Origin: Podarcis muralis | Taxonomy: Eukaryota | Reading direction: 5' to 3' | NCBI RefSeq assembly: GCF_964188315.1 | Contig: NC_135658.1 | Location: forward strand, 51,584,001-51,648,000 | DNA: 64,000 bases | In this document: positions 33,741-46,580 of the stretch, one piece after another | Position numbering within the stretch: position 1 is the stretch's first letter | Layout: every line of letters starts with the position of its first letter | The notes under the pieces: generated by a model | Database searches by the model: none | What the model was told of the DNA's origin: nothing | The model's input: only the letters and a program-made list of their open reading frames with translations | Translations under genes and position numbers: made by a program

Positions 33741-36700
33741 TGCCAGTGGCATATCCTGTAACTTAAACAATTGTTCAGTTGTATAGCCTTCACATTCATC
33801 CTTATTCCCAGTATGTTTATCATTAGAATGGTTATATTGTATGCTGTATTTATTCTGAGATTTAAAACACACACACACATTTTTAAGTGCCTTTAGTACT
33901 GTACTATGAGTGAACTGAAAGCCCAGCATTGACATTCTTTGCTCATCTGGAAATGGTTGTGTTTGAATGAACACACTTTGCCAATATCTAGTTAGCTATA
34001 AATATTTAACAATTCTAAAGTACTTATTTCTAGAATATCAATTGTATTTTATATTATGCAATGTTTATGCAGAACTTGGTTTCATTGGCAAAACATGCAT
34101 TGCGGGTGGGTGACCTCACCTGGAAAGTTACCAGTGATTTCTTTGCATGCTTTTTGGTAGCCAACTCCCCCCCCCCCCCGTCATATTTACTCTTTCTTGA
34201 TTTTATTTTTAACCTTCATTTTATTTAACATTTAGAAAATGTTTTGATCAAATCAATCAGAATGAAAACTTGAGATGGTGGTGAGCTTGGGAAACTGGGG
34301 TTTGGGGTTTGGGGATCCCATTGTAATTGTTTGCATCTGTATAGTTGATGGAATCTTTTTACATTTCCCCCCCCCCCAAACAGGAGAACAGAATCAGTTA
34401 AGCTTCCTTCTATTGCTACAGTGTACAAATGACTAGTGGATTCTGCTTGTTTGCCTTTTTACAGATACTTAGTCCTTATAGAGGTCCTTCATAGATACAG
34501 TGAACAAAGGTTCTGAAGAGAGCGGTTGCAACTTTGTGCTGACAGCTGGGCCCAGTGTACCTTCATCAGAGCATCTGCAGAGAGCCCTTGGTGTAGGCTG
34601 GGCTGAGCCTACCAACATGATGCCACAACATTCTGTCTCTTGTATATTTTCCTTGAGCAAACAAAGAATGTATGAAAGTAACATATTTCCCTCAGATAGC
34701 ACCTTGTGACACCTTAACTGAGGAGAATGCAAACAGTAGCAGTCCACCTGGCAGCCAGGCAGAAGCAGATTTGGTTTTCAGATATTTTTAAGGATTGGGG
34801 AAATCTGATTTCACTCTACAAAAATGAGGGGTGGTTTTCAGTTGAGGACAATGAGATGTGAATCATGGCCAGAATTCTTGGACTCAAACAGCCTCTGATT
34901 CACAGTGTGGACAAGCCCTAAGAATTGATACATGAAGTGGTAGTAAAGTTCAGGATGAGTGTGTAAACAGAATTTCAGTTATCACTATCACAATACTTCT
35001 GCTGCACTCCTGGGAACACATACCTGGGACTATGCCCAACTGAACGCAATAGGACTTACTTCTCTGAGTGCATAGGAATGCAATGCTAGTGTTTAAATAA
35101 CATGTTTTGAGTGTTGAAAGAGCTGTGTATCTTAGTAATGCCCCCAACTATTCTACAGGGTAACTCAATAGATAATCTTTTTATCCCATTTTTCATACAG
35201 AAAAGTCTCCCAAAGTGGCTCCCATCAATTAAAATTCAGTGAATGATGGTGTCAGGTGGCAGACAAACGAAAATGAGACACATGCCCTGCCCATATGCTC
35301 ATAGCTTGGCATGATTTAACCTCAGTGGAGTTGCTTGCTATTGCTGGGAGAAAAAACTAGAGTGGATGACTGAAATGAGGCGTGATTCATCCCTTTGTTG
35401 TTACCCACCATTTGCGAACAATAACAGAGGTTTCAAAATCAAAATACTTTCTAAAGCTGATCTTAGGTTCACTCATGAGGCATTTTTTTTAACTCTCCCT
35501 CCCTTCCCCCCAAGTGACTCCGAGTTTGGGATGTCTTAGACAGCTGCGTATCATGAGGTAACTAACAGTGCAATCCCACGCCACATTTACACCATAATGG
35601 TACTGAGAGTTGTTAGGAGATGCCTATTCCCCTTACAGAGCTACAATTTCATTTCACAAAGAGTAAAGCGCACATGTTGATTTGTGCAGCTCAACATGGG
35701 GATTCAGACTGTACACTTGTTACTTGTGAATAACTGTGTGGGGGTCAACTGGTTGTGCACACAAATTGTACACTTGCTGAATGTAACATGTGAACATCCC
35801 ATGATCACTATCATTATGCATTCCTTCATGTCACATGGACCCAATTTGCAGACACTGACATTGAATAATTTTTTAAAAAGAAAGAAAACACATCTGATTT
35901 TTTCTTTAACCATCAGTTTTCTTGTGAAAGGATAGCAGAAAAGAACACTGTGATGATTATATCTCACTTCCCCCAGCTATAGTTGAACAATTCAGAAAAT
36001 AGCTACAAAATATGCCCAGCTACAGGACCTTGTCATTGAGTTGTCAAGCAATCTGCCTGGATTATGTAGAAACCCAGCTCTTTGCAACTTATTAATATCT
36101 TTTTGAAAGAGTAACTGGGGAACAGGATGACTTCAATTCAGTGCTTACAATAGGGGAGTTTGAAAATAAGTAGAGTCTTGAAGCAAATTACTTCTCTTGA
36201 GGCAAAAATAATTTACGCTGGCCTTGGTGGAATGATGGCAGATAATGACGGCCCCAGCACAGTCAATTTGCACTGTCAGTGATTTACATTCTGGGTGGTT
36301 CAGAAGACTGTTTGCCTCTCATGAACACTTCCCTGACCTTCATTTACAACGACTGCTGCTTTCTATTCACTTCCTCAAAAATAATAAGCACAGCAAAACT
36401 TTGTACAGCTAGGTAAGGGAGTAAAGAGGGAATCTCAGGACATCTGCAAAATTCCTTTCAGATAAAACCAAAGGTGGCATGTTTGGGCAGTCTCTGAGTT
36501 CTAGCAGAAAGCCAGCATGTATTCTGTTTCCTCTACCTCCTGATCAGCAGCAGAGATGCAACTGACTGGAGGTCATATAAGCACTGCCACCTCATCATGC
36601 CGCCCACTGCTAGCTGAGGGACATGCCAAAACAGTGCCTGGAATATTGGGCAGGGTATAAAAATAAAATTATTATTATTATTATTATTATCAAAGTAGAT

Positions 36701-38642
36701 TAGCACCCAAAAGAATGCAATATTTATCCTTTTCTCTGAGGTGAAGCCATGGTATGGAGGTGCACATGTGGTCTCTCACCCCATGGCCCACAAAACCTAA
36801 AGTTGGCTATAAATATACACAGTCATCTTCAGTAAATACTTCTGTGTGGATGCTCACCACTGAACAGAAACCTAGGGAATTATCTTTCCCAGCGATCTGT
36901 GTGCCTGTGGTACTGTTTCAGCATACACATGGAGCTAACTAGCATAATTCAATTTAAGAGAAAATGAAGACTGAAATTATTACAGAAACTGATATTCCAA
37001 ATTGGGGGTGAGGGGAATTATAGGTTTCAGTTTGCATGTTCCAGTTCCAGTTATTGCCCCTTGTGAGGAAGTAAATTTTCCAGTGAGCAATTTTGTTAAA
37101 TGCAAGAACCAAAACTAAGAATCCCATACTTTAGCAGAGCATTTACTCTCTCCTTTTTGCCATCATGTTGAGCATAATTCTTTGCCCTACAATAAGTCTT
37201 TCACACCAGGATGGGAGGGGGAAATTGGCAATGCGGTAAGGTCAGTACTGGTGGCACCAAGGCCTTTTTCTTCCACCAGTAACTCTCTTTTTTCCTGTTG
37301 AGGCACCTAGAATGCTGCAAGGACATTATCCTAGCTACAAAGATCCTTGAGAAAGATAAGTCTATAATAATCCCAGGCTGTGTTCTTTTTATTTAAATTG
37401 AATTATATGCTAGTTAGTTCCACTTTTTAATAGTGCTAGCTGGAGATGCCATTTTCCTCTTTATTGAACACACATACATTCAACAACAAAAATGCTGGAA
37501 CTAGTCTTCCTGTGAAAACTAAGTCTAATCAGAAATTAACAAATTGGAAAGCAGTTGTACTGGAAACTGTCATGTGTTGTATCCTCTCCACTTTTGTTTT
37601 TCTTTTCTAAAATTGGTGGTAAATTTATCAGGGGGATGAGATACAAAAAAAACCTCCTCATCCCCTCACAGAATCAAAGCCCACAAGCGCATTTGGGGGC
37701 AGTTTTACAGACCACCCCTTAGTCATGTATTTGCAAAGGCTCAGAGTTCATACCAGCCTCTGGGATCCATTTCAGAATTTTGGCAGGTCAGAATAATTCC
37801 ATTTCATTTCCCACCAAAACTCTGCAGGATACAACTGAGCAGTTCTATCCATCCCTAACCCAAATAAGGCATTTGCTTCCTTTCATTGTGGTGCATAAAG
37901 CATCCAATTCCCACCCACCCCCTTTATAGCTGTTCTGTTTCATCTAGCAAACCTCCTTAGCATCTCCTCTATTTAATGCTCCATTTCATTTCATTAGGCC
38001 ATCACAGTTTCTTTCGACTTTGGAGAAAGAACCTGCTGATGTCAGCACCAACATAAGATTCCCAGACTTGAGTATGAGTGGAAACCACAGTCGAAATACA
38101 AACATTAACTGGCTGCACCACAACATTCAAGATAGGGTCAGCTGAGGGTGGCTATGAACTTCTGCTTCCTTTACTTTTGATGCCCCTGCATTAATTCCCA
38201 ATTCCTTTAACAAACTGAGCTATTTCCTCCATTCGTATAATTCCCAAAGGTCTTGTTTTCATACCACTTTGTAGAGTTATTTGGCTAAAATGTGAATAGA
38301 GAGCATTTAGGATTTTTAACAAAATGAGATATGTTTCTCTTTGGGATACTTTACATCATGCATTTTAAATGTACATTTTATTAGAAAGTTTAATATGTTG
38401 CCAACACTTGGCTTGACCCATAATCCAGTTAAGCCACAGTTCTTAAAAGTATCATTTGGCAAGTGCTTTGTTTTTGTTTAGTGTCCTACAGTCTGTCCAT
38501 CCTTATGATCATCCATGGCTGAGATGGTGAACAGGCTACTCACTCTCCCAACTTCCCCAATCAATTTGTTTTCTTATTGCTCAGGCAAGCATTTTTGGGC
38601 TGGCTGTTGGGACATACCCAGGAATTAGGAGCTAAGTCTCCT

Positions 38643-39075
38643 AGGGATGGAATAGAAATTGGTTTGGTTATCATTTTAAAATATGTATACCTGATCTGCA
38701 CTTCCTTAATCAATATACAAATCATATCATCCAAAATTTGCACTTCTCTGAATTTTGTGTTGCAGTTCTATAGCCAAAAAAAAATTACAATGAGGAGCAC
38801 ATGACGGGGAAGGTCACATTAAAATGTGTCCGTTTGTGAAAATTATGTGCACAAATTAATCTGGAAAAATTACTTGCAAAAATCTGAACATTAGGCATCT
38901 GCAAAAAATATGTTATATTAGGCGTAATGCCCACAAAATTATATGTTACTTTTCAGGTGGACTTTTTAAAAATGCAAACTGGTGTGGAAATGGGTTGAAC
39001 TGAACTTAAGACTGGAAAAATGAGAAATGGGGAGAAACTGAACATGACAAATTTGTCCAGTTTCTCCATCCCCAA
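38643..39075. repeat. Ancient dispersed repeat related to the sequence around the N gap
   Basis: Starts agggatgg and ends ccatccc. Internal aatttgcacttctctgaatttt is the rc of the motif at ~14165-14190. Confidence 0.5.
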
Positions 39076-40886
39076 AGTGTCTCCCCCACAGTTCCTCCTC
39101 AGTTCCCAGTCTTGCCGGGGGTACCACGTGTGCAATGCCTGCACACATTTCTAATAGAGCTGATTGAATTGGGGCCCAAGTGTTGTACTGTTATAATGGC
39201 CCTCATTGTCTCCATAGTGTCATAGACAGTGGACATAATGAACAGATAACAAGATATTTTTAATAGATCCCTTTTAGCTTGCTCTCCGCTGGGCATTATG
39301 AAGCAGTGCCGCATGACCATTCATGTGGTTACCAAGATGTCATTGTTTGTCCAGGCCCCAAGATGGCGGCCAAGAGATTTCTGTAGGTAGTGATGATTTA
39401 ACTGCTTATTTTGACAGTCATCTTCATCTGTGCACAATGTGTGGTTTTGAAGCGTTTAAACCCATTCTTTGTCTTTGGAGCGGAAAAGGAAAAGAATGCT
39501 GTGCTTAATAACCACAAGCTGCTCTTTTCTCCTTTCAAAGAGGTGGCCACTTGACTATTATTTGAGTGAACAGATTATGTCAGTGGGTCTAACAATGTGT
39601 TCTTTATCTCCCAGAGTACTTTTGTTTCCTGAACTTCCATGTAATCTTCACACTGGAAGTTGTTCAATAGGAACCATGGATAATAATGCCATTCATCTCC
39701 TCTTTGATTCAGATTTAATAATTAGAATGGCTTATCCCCCAATTAAAGGGCAACATTGCTTCCGCTCTTTATTGTTCCCGTCCTTCCCAGCACAGTACCG
39801 TAAAATATCCAGAGTTCAAAAACTTTCCTATTGGCATGCAAAAAAGAGATGAATTGCTTCACACTTTTGTTTGAATGACAAACTGCTCGTTCAAAAGAGC
39901 AAGAGCTCGTCTTACTGAGGCTTAAAAGTGGACATACACTACTCTACATTTTATCCCAAAAGCATTCCAAGAAGACTTCCTCAAGACAGAGAACACAGCC
40001 CTAGCATAGAATTTAGATAGCCTCCAGGATGGCATACTGCAAGTCAAGGTATAAATACTGAACAAAATGCCACTATGAGATCTGTTAAAAAGCAACAAGT
40101 ATGCTTAAATACTACGAGCCAAAGAATTATGCAAGTGTTTAAATGTGTCCAGTCGGGGTAGGATGGGAATGCTTGTGAAAGTCTCACCGTACAAATTTCT
40201 TCCCCAATTCTGAAAACCTTGACATTGATGGATTTGCAAATTCCCATTCTTCCATTTTATAGTCTTATTGCCTGATTATATTGTCACATGAACAGTTTTC
40301 ATCAGTATGAATCATATATATATATATATTGCTTAAAGCATAGCACAAAACAGATCTGTAACTGTAAGATTGCATCTGGATTTGTGCATATATGAGTGCA
40401 AAAAATGGCATCCTAATTTAATAATATCAATATCCTTTTGATTCTGCTATGTATTAATCAAGACATATCTTCCTTTTCCTCACAATGCCACATGACATAC
40501 CACTGCTTTTGAAGATAATAGTTTGTGCTATACTATAATACTATAGCACAGTATCTAACACTTCCAGCTAAAGGAGCGTGTATCTTGTGCCAAAGCATTA
40601 TGGCAAAGTTGGGGGACAGAGAACCAGTCTTAAAAATTGCAGAAGTCAATGTTGTTGTGCCATTCTAACTCTCTGAATCTGCAGTTGCAAGCTTTTGTAT
40701 GTAGTGGGTTTAAAGTTAAGCTCTACTTTTTAATGATAATTTTTAAAATCTCGGTCATGATTTTCAAAGGTAGTTTTGCACTTGTAACATATTTTATTTT
40801 TTGCTATGGTAGCTGGTGTACACCATTCCTTGCAGGTAGCAAATAAATACACTCTGCTGTTGTTCCTGAGCAGTGATGTTCTAGAT

Positions 40887-41022
40887 CAGGCATAGGCAAA
40901 CTCGGCCCTCCAGATGTTTTGAGACTACAATTCCTATCATCCCTGACCACTGGTCCTGTTAGCTAGGGATGATGGGAGTTGTATTCCCAAAACATCTGGA
41001 GGGCCGAGTTTGGGGATGCCTG
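40887..41022 (+). mobile_element. 136-bp palindromic hAT MITE
   Basis: ~50-bp inverted arms and perfect TSD ttctagat. Confidence 0.92.
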
Positions 41023-42232
41023 TTCTAGATAATGTGGGAAGTTTGTGGCAAGTTCACCATTTTCAACACACACTGGACTTTTTAAGAAGATCTGAAGACA
41101 GGCAAATTTAAGACAATTCCGTGGTCTTGGATCTGCATCTAAAGTATACCTGTTCTCTGCTGCTCACCCTGTTATCAATCCATGCTCACCCTCTGACTTG
41201 AATATGAGATTACATGAGCAAACAAGCTTGACAAGGATAGTCTATGCAACATCAGAACCAGCTGTTGACAAAACATCCCTGCATCTTGTCAATTGCATTG
41301 TAAGCTGAAATATGGGAAGAGTGTGGGATCTTAATACATGCTTTTAACCTCAGGTATTTTTTAAAAAGTACTTATTCAAATAAAACAGAACTTCACAATC
41401 TTCCAAGCAGACATACAATTAGTCCTCATGGCAATGCTTTTATTTGGCTGTTCTTGTGCTCAACCCTCTGCGGTCTTTTCTCACCAGACTGTTATTGAAA
41501 ATCTTGTTTGTGTTCTGCTTTGCTTGGCACTTCTGTTGGTTTCTTAACTTTTTTGAATTAAAGTATTGTTCCCTAACAGTACAGACAAATGATTTACCCC
41601 CATTTTACGGAATAGGGTAAACCCAGGGGGCAGGGAGTCTGTCTCTTTACAATCCCACATAAACTCCCCCACAGCCACAGTAACAAATTTCTGACAAACT
41701 CAGATTACATACATTTGTTTGTAGCACCTGCTGAGTCACTTCTAGTAACAAAAAGCTATTCACACACTTGAAGAGAAGGTCAATAAGTATTTCTTGTCAC
41801 ATTCGCTTCCCAAATAAGGACTAAAACTGTGATTCCATTTTTTTTTAAAAAAAAATGTCATTTTTAAAATCTATGCTGAGACAGATTTCTGCTGAAACTA
41901 GTAAGTGTGGCAGTTGGGTAGTAAGTTTAAAATTCTGTAGCCTTTTAAAGGTGTCTGTGGGAGGAGGAGTTATTGGTTTATTTTTGTTTTATTATGTGTT
42001 TTGTGTTTTCATTTTGTATTTTTATGTTGTTAATCACCCTGTGATCTTTGAAAGAAGAGTGGTATACAAAATATACAAATACTTCTGCAGCAATTTCAAG
42101 TTCAGTCATTAGACTAAATGCAACCATTTTCTAATGAGAGTGAAACTCAGGGAATTGCCTAATAGTATTGTGTAGTCTGGGGTGTTCCTAAGTACAAAAA
42201 TACAGGATGAGAAGCACTGACATGTGTTATAG

Positions 42233-42348
42233 GCCAGCTTTCTCCAACATGGTGCCCTATGCATGTTTATGCTACAACTCCCTTCACTTCCATCCAGCAG
42301 AACCAATGGTCAGGGATGATGGGAGTTGTAGTCCAAAACACCCTAGGG
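42233..42348. mobile_element. Older MITE of the same palindromic superfamily, interrupted or truncated by a mini-MITE
   Basis: ctacaactccc...tggtcagggatgatgggagttgtagtccaaaaca, as in the 136-bp MITEs. Confidence 0.6.
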
Positions 42349-42436
42349 CAGTCATGGCCAAACTTGGCCCTCCAGCAGTTTTGGGACTACAATCCACGTC
42401 AGGGATTGGCTGGAGGGCCAAGTTTGGCCATGCCTG
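42349..42436. mobile_element. 88-bp mini-MITE (loop-deleted hAT MITE)
   Basis: TIR ca(g)tcatggccaaacttggccctccagc / rc caggcatggccaaacttggccctccagc. TSD ccctaggg / tcctaggg. Confidence 0.88.
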
Positions 42437-42996
42437 TCCTAGGGTGTTTGCATAAATGCAGTCATGAAAACAACATGGATTCTGTTTTCAGCTAGCTTTT
42501 TCTTCTAATTTGAGTTGGAATTCCTAATAATTGAAAATTAACATTGCTGACACAAAATTATTTGTATGAAGAGTTCAACACCTTTTAAGCTTTAGTGCAA
42601 GAACTGCCTCACTACATTCATCAAAAGCGTCAGTATAATTATTTTAATGAAGACCATGAATGAGTCACTTTTGTTTTGTTCTTTTAAACTTGATGGAGGG
42701 GGCAGAGAGAATGATCTGGTTTGGGGAAGGCTTCCTGAACAAAGACTGGAGCACATGTCTTGTTGCACTTAAGTTCAAAACTACCGCTAAGGCAGCTACA
42801 CGTAAATCTGTCTGAAATGCTGTATTGCTGCTGGAAATCAATGTAGACAATACTGTAATAGATGGAACAATTGTCTGAATAAGTATAAGGCAGTTTCCTA
42901 TGTCGTTTCTAAAGATCTCCAATATTATTATTTTTTAAAACCAAAAACAAATCAAACCAGCAAAGTTGAAAGTCTTTTGGAAGAATTTCCTTTCAG

Positions 42997-43171
42997 TTGG
43001 TGATGAGTTTATGCTTGGTGGCATGGCTCTATCAATTAGCTGTTGAATGGATACCCTACTTGTTCACCTGTATGAACAAGTACCACCATGATGCTTTGGA
43101 GATGGATAGTGATTTTGTCATTTCTTTCCCACCCATCTTGTCAACCAAGCCAGATGAGCAACGAACTGCAG
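42997..43171 (+). other. Candidate 175-nt exon
   Basis: Acceptor aatttcctttcag and donor CAG|gtaaga. Single open frame LVMSLCLVAWLYQLAVEWIPYLFTCMNKYHHDALEMDSDFVISFPPILSTKPDEQRTA. Not recognised. Confidence 0.25.
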
Positions 43172-44640
43172 GTAAGAAAAACTAGAAGCAGCACTGAGTA
43201 ATGCAAAACACAATGCAGACTTTCCTTGGACTTCAGTCCAGCCAACCAGGAATATTTTAATAGTAGTTTCCAACATCTAAAGGACAGGAGTCAATGACAC
43301 ACATTTCCTTAATAGTATCTAACCACAAGGCATACTTCCCATGAACCTTAGTCAGGCCAACCAGGAATACTCTTTTAGTAGTTTCCAGCATCTAAAAGCA
43401 CATTGCTTTGGTCTCTCAGCTCTATAAAAGAAAAGTCAATAATAGTTTAATTGCTGTCTCTGCCCACACCCCGCCTCAAAATTCTTAAGCCCACCCATGC
43501 ACTGGGGTTGTCTAACCACACAGGAAATGAGCTGCCTAGATTGTGCTGCTGTACCAGAAATCACAGTTACAGGCATAAATAAGCCATATATCAGGGCTGT
43601 TAGTCATGCTTTCTTCAATAACATTTGTGTGCAGTACACCTTCTTTACTGGGACAGGTGTTGCAGACTTCATTAAGTTTGTCTCTCGTTGGAAACTATAA
43701 GCCAGATTTAACAGAGAAAAAAATCATGTAGATAAATATGTTTATAATTACTACTTCAGAATAGAATGATACTCATTTCCTGGAAGTTAATGAGCCAGAA
43801 TTTCACATCTAGATTGCGTAATACTGCCAGTGTGTGAAAAAGATTTGATACTTTCCCCTGGCATCTCCTTGGGGAACCCTGAGTTTTTTGCAAGGTTGAT
43901 ATAGGCCCCTCAGTGGGAAGATTATAGTGGCAGACAGCTTACCCACCATACCAATTTTCCATTTACAGTGTGCAGTCAAGGGGGAGATTATATGCTCTAA
44001 ACTGCACATTCTGTTCACATGAGGCAACAGTGAGGTCACTAAGTGTACTGCATAAACTGAATGCCTACTCAAATAAAACATATTGAGAATTCTTTTCAAA
44101 ACTCGAGGGTTACATGGTAGATGCTCAGATGTTCTTCAGAAGGCAAGCAGATGTTGAAAGCATTCTTAGAATGTCAAAAGTTAAAATGACAACCTCTTTT
44201 TTACTAAGGAAATGTGTGTCGTTGACTCTGGTAAATGAATTCATATGGGCGCTCAGATGTTCTTCAGTAGGCAAGCAGATATTGAAAGCATCCTCAAAAA
44301 GCAGGAAGTCAGAATGTGTGTCATTCACTCTAGTCCATAGACAATTTTAAACAAATGTTTAAATAGTTTTTTGTGTGACTCTGTCATTCATGCTTTTGAA
44401 AGTAGTTGCCAATTTTTAGAGATTGTCAGCTTTCCTAATATAGGTCCTGCTTTTGGCTCTTTGTAGGTGTGGGGGTTTGCATGCATGTTTCTTCTTCCAT
44501 ATTCATTTATCATGTCATACATGAATGAATGTACTGATACACGCCATCCCAGTCTCTGAGTGGGGTAAGATTCCAGGGGTTCCAGGCACTTACTCAGGGT
44601 TTATGTTTCCTTTGGAAATGAGGCACAGCAGAGACTGTAG

Positions 44641-44776
44641 CAGTGATGGCCAAACTTGGCCCTCCAGCTCTTTTGGGACTACAATTCCCATCATCCCTGA
44701 CCACTGGTCCTGTTAGCTAGGGATGATGGGAGTTGTAGTCCCAAAAGAGCTGGAGGGCCAAGTTTAGCCATCACTG
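44641..44776 (+). mobile_element. 136-bp palindromic hAT MITE
   Basis: Near-perfect ~50-bp arms starting cagtgatggccaaact. Same loop as the 40887 copy. TSD only partial (tgtag). Confidence 0.9.
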
Positions 44777-45786
44777 CGTGTAGTGTCTTTATGATACGTG
44801 GTTTATTTGCACATATATACAACCTGAGCCTATAATGGAGGGGTTCACAGCATTAACACTCTTAAAGGGGACTTGTTTCTCTTATAGCCTTAGCCTTGGA
44901 TTCAGAAACAGAAATCAAACATTGTTCTGTCTCTCTCCAGCTTACCGCTTTTCTGTCTAGCTCACACCATTGCAAACTCTGCTCTCAACTCTGGCTTTGT
45001 CTGTTGGGGGAGGGGGCCTTACCCATTTGCTGTCTTGCACGGAGCCCCATAATCCCTCATCCCCTCCCCCAACAGGCTTGATTAGCTTTTAACACTTTCT
45101 GGATCTAAGATGGATTAAAGGGGTCTGGCATACCGTTTAGCATGCACACCCCAGACTCATAACATTCACTATGTACTTTCTCTGCACATTTCATTCACTT
45201 TTGGTGCTGTTGTTCATAATGTTGTCTACATTCCTGACTTTTTTCTCCCCTTTTAAAAATAACGTTCTGTGGCAACATTTATATAGAGGAAATGGTTGAA
45301 GTTGCTCAAAGAGAGGTTTAATTTGCTGGTATTCATTCCCACAGCATACACTTCGGAGACCCTGGTGGTTCCAACACTACAGAGTCTGTTTGCTTAGTCA
45401 ACAGTTGCGACTAAGGAGAAAAGGGCAAAATCTGTGGGAATTTCAGCAGAATATCCAGTCTTAAAGGCAAAATAGTTGAATATCATAACCCAATTCTAAA
45501 TTGCTTTTGAGTTTGTTTTTAAGGAGATTGGGTTGTGTAAGAATTAGTTTCCCTTGTTATTTTTGATACATGAATGTGTCACAGTAGCAGTCAGAGGACT
45601 GAAGGTAATCTATAAATGAAAATCGCATCTATGATTGTGAAGACAAAGCAGGTAAGCAAATAAAAGACAAAATGAACACTATTAGATGTATTATGTCCTA
45701 CTTTTAAGTTTACAGCAATACCCACTCATCAGTTCTTAAAACCTTTGAAAAATAATGAACCATTAAGGCATTAAAACATGTAGAGT

Positions 45787-45975
45787 CAGGGGTGCCAACT
45801 TGAATAAAATATTGGGGTGTGGGGAGGTAAGCCCTGCCCTGCATAATAGATCACAAGATGTGGAACACACTATTTGAATGGCAATGCCCATCAACTGGGG
45901 GGGGGGAGGGTCAGCTCCCTCAAATATTTTAGGGGGGTGCAAAGGGACCTTGGCCCCTAGAAGTTGACTCCTATG
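45787..45975 (-). mobile_element. Short non-autonomous hAT, asymmetric-TIR family
   Basis: caggggtgccaact / rc cataggagtcaact. TSD tgtagagt / tataaagt (6/8). Confidence 0.8.
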
Positions 45976-46024
45976 TATAAAGTGTAATCCTATGTGTACA
46001 TTTACATGCAAGTAAGTCTGATTG

Positions 46025-46388
46025 GGGATGCGGGTGGCACTGTGGGTAAAAGCCTCAGCGCCTAGGGCTTGCCGATCGAAAGGTCGGCGGTTCAAATCCC
46101 CGCGCGGGGTGCGCTCCCGTCGTTCGGTCCCAGCGCCTGCCAACCTAGCAGTTCGAAAGCACCCCCGGGTGCAAGTAGATAAATAGGGACCGCTTACAAA
46201 CGGGAAGGTAAACGGCATTTCTGTGTGCAGCTCTGCCTCGTCAGAGCAGCGATGTCACGCTGGCCACGTGACCCGGAAGTGTCTCCGGACAGCGCTGGCC
46301 CCCGGCCTATAGAGTGAGATGGGCGCACAACCCTAGAGTCTGGCAAGACTGGCCTGTACGGGCAGGGGTACCTTTACCTTTACCTTTT
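46025..46388 (+). mobile_element. Sauria SINE
   Basis: Head, B box and (ccttta)n tail. TSD taagtct(g/t)attg. Confidence 0.95.
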
Positions 46389-46580
46389 TAAGTCTTATTG
46401 AACACAATAGCTTATTTCTGAGCCATTAAGCATAGGATCTCGCTGAACAGGGATTAACACAAACATGAAAGTCACAAGAATCAAATGTAAATTCTGCTTT
46501 GAAAACTGTAACTGCTAGCTCAACGGAATGACACTCTGAACTAGGTTCCTGAAGGGTAGAAGATTAGGCCTTGGAAACTA

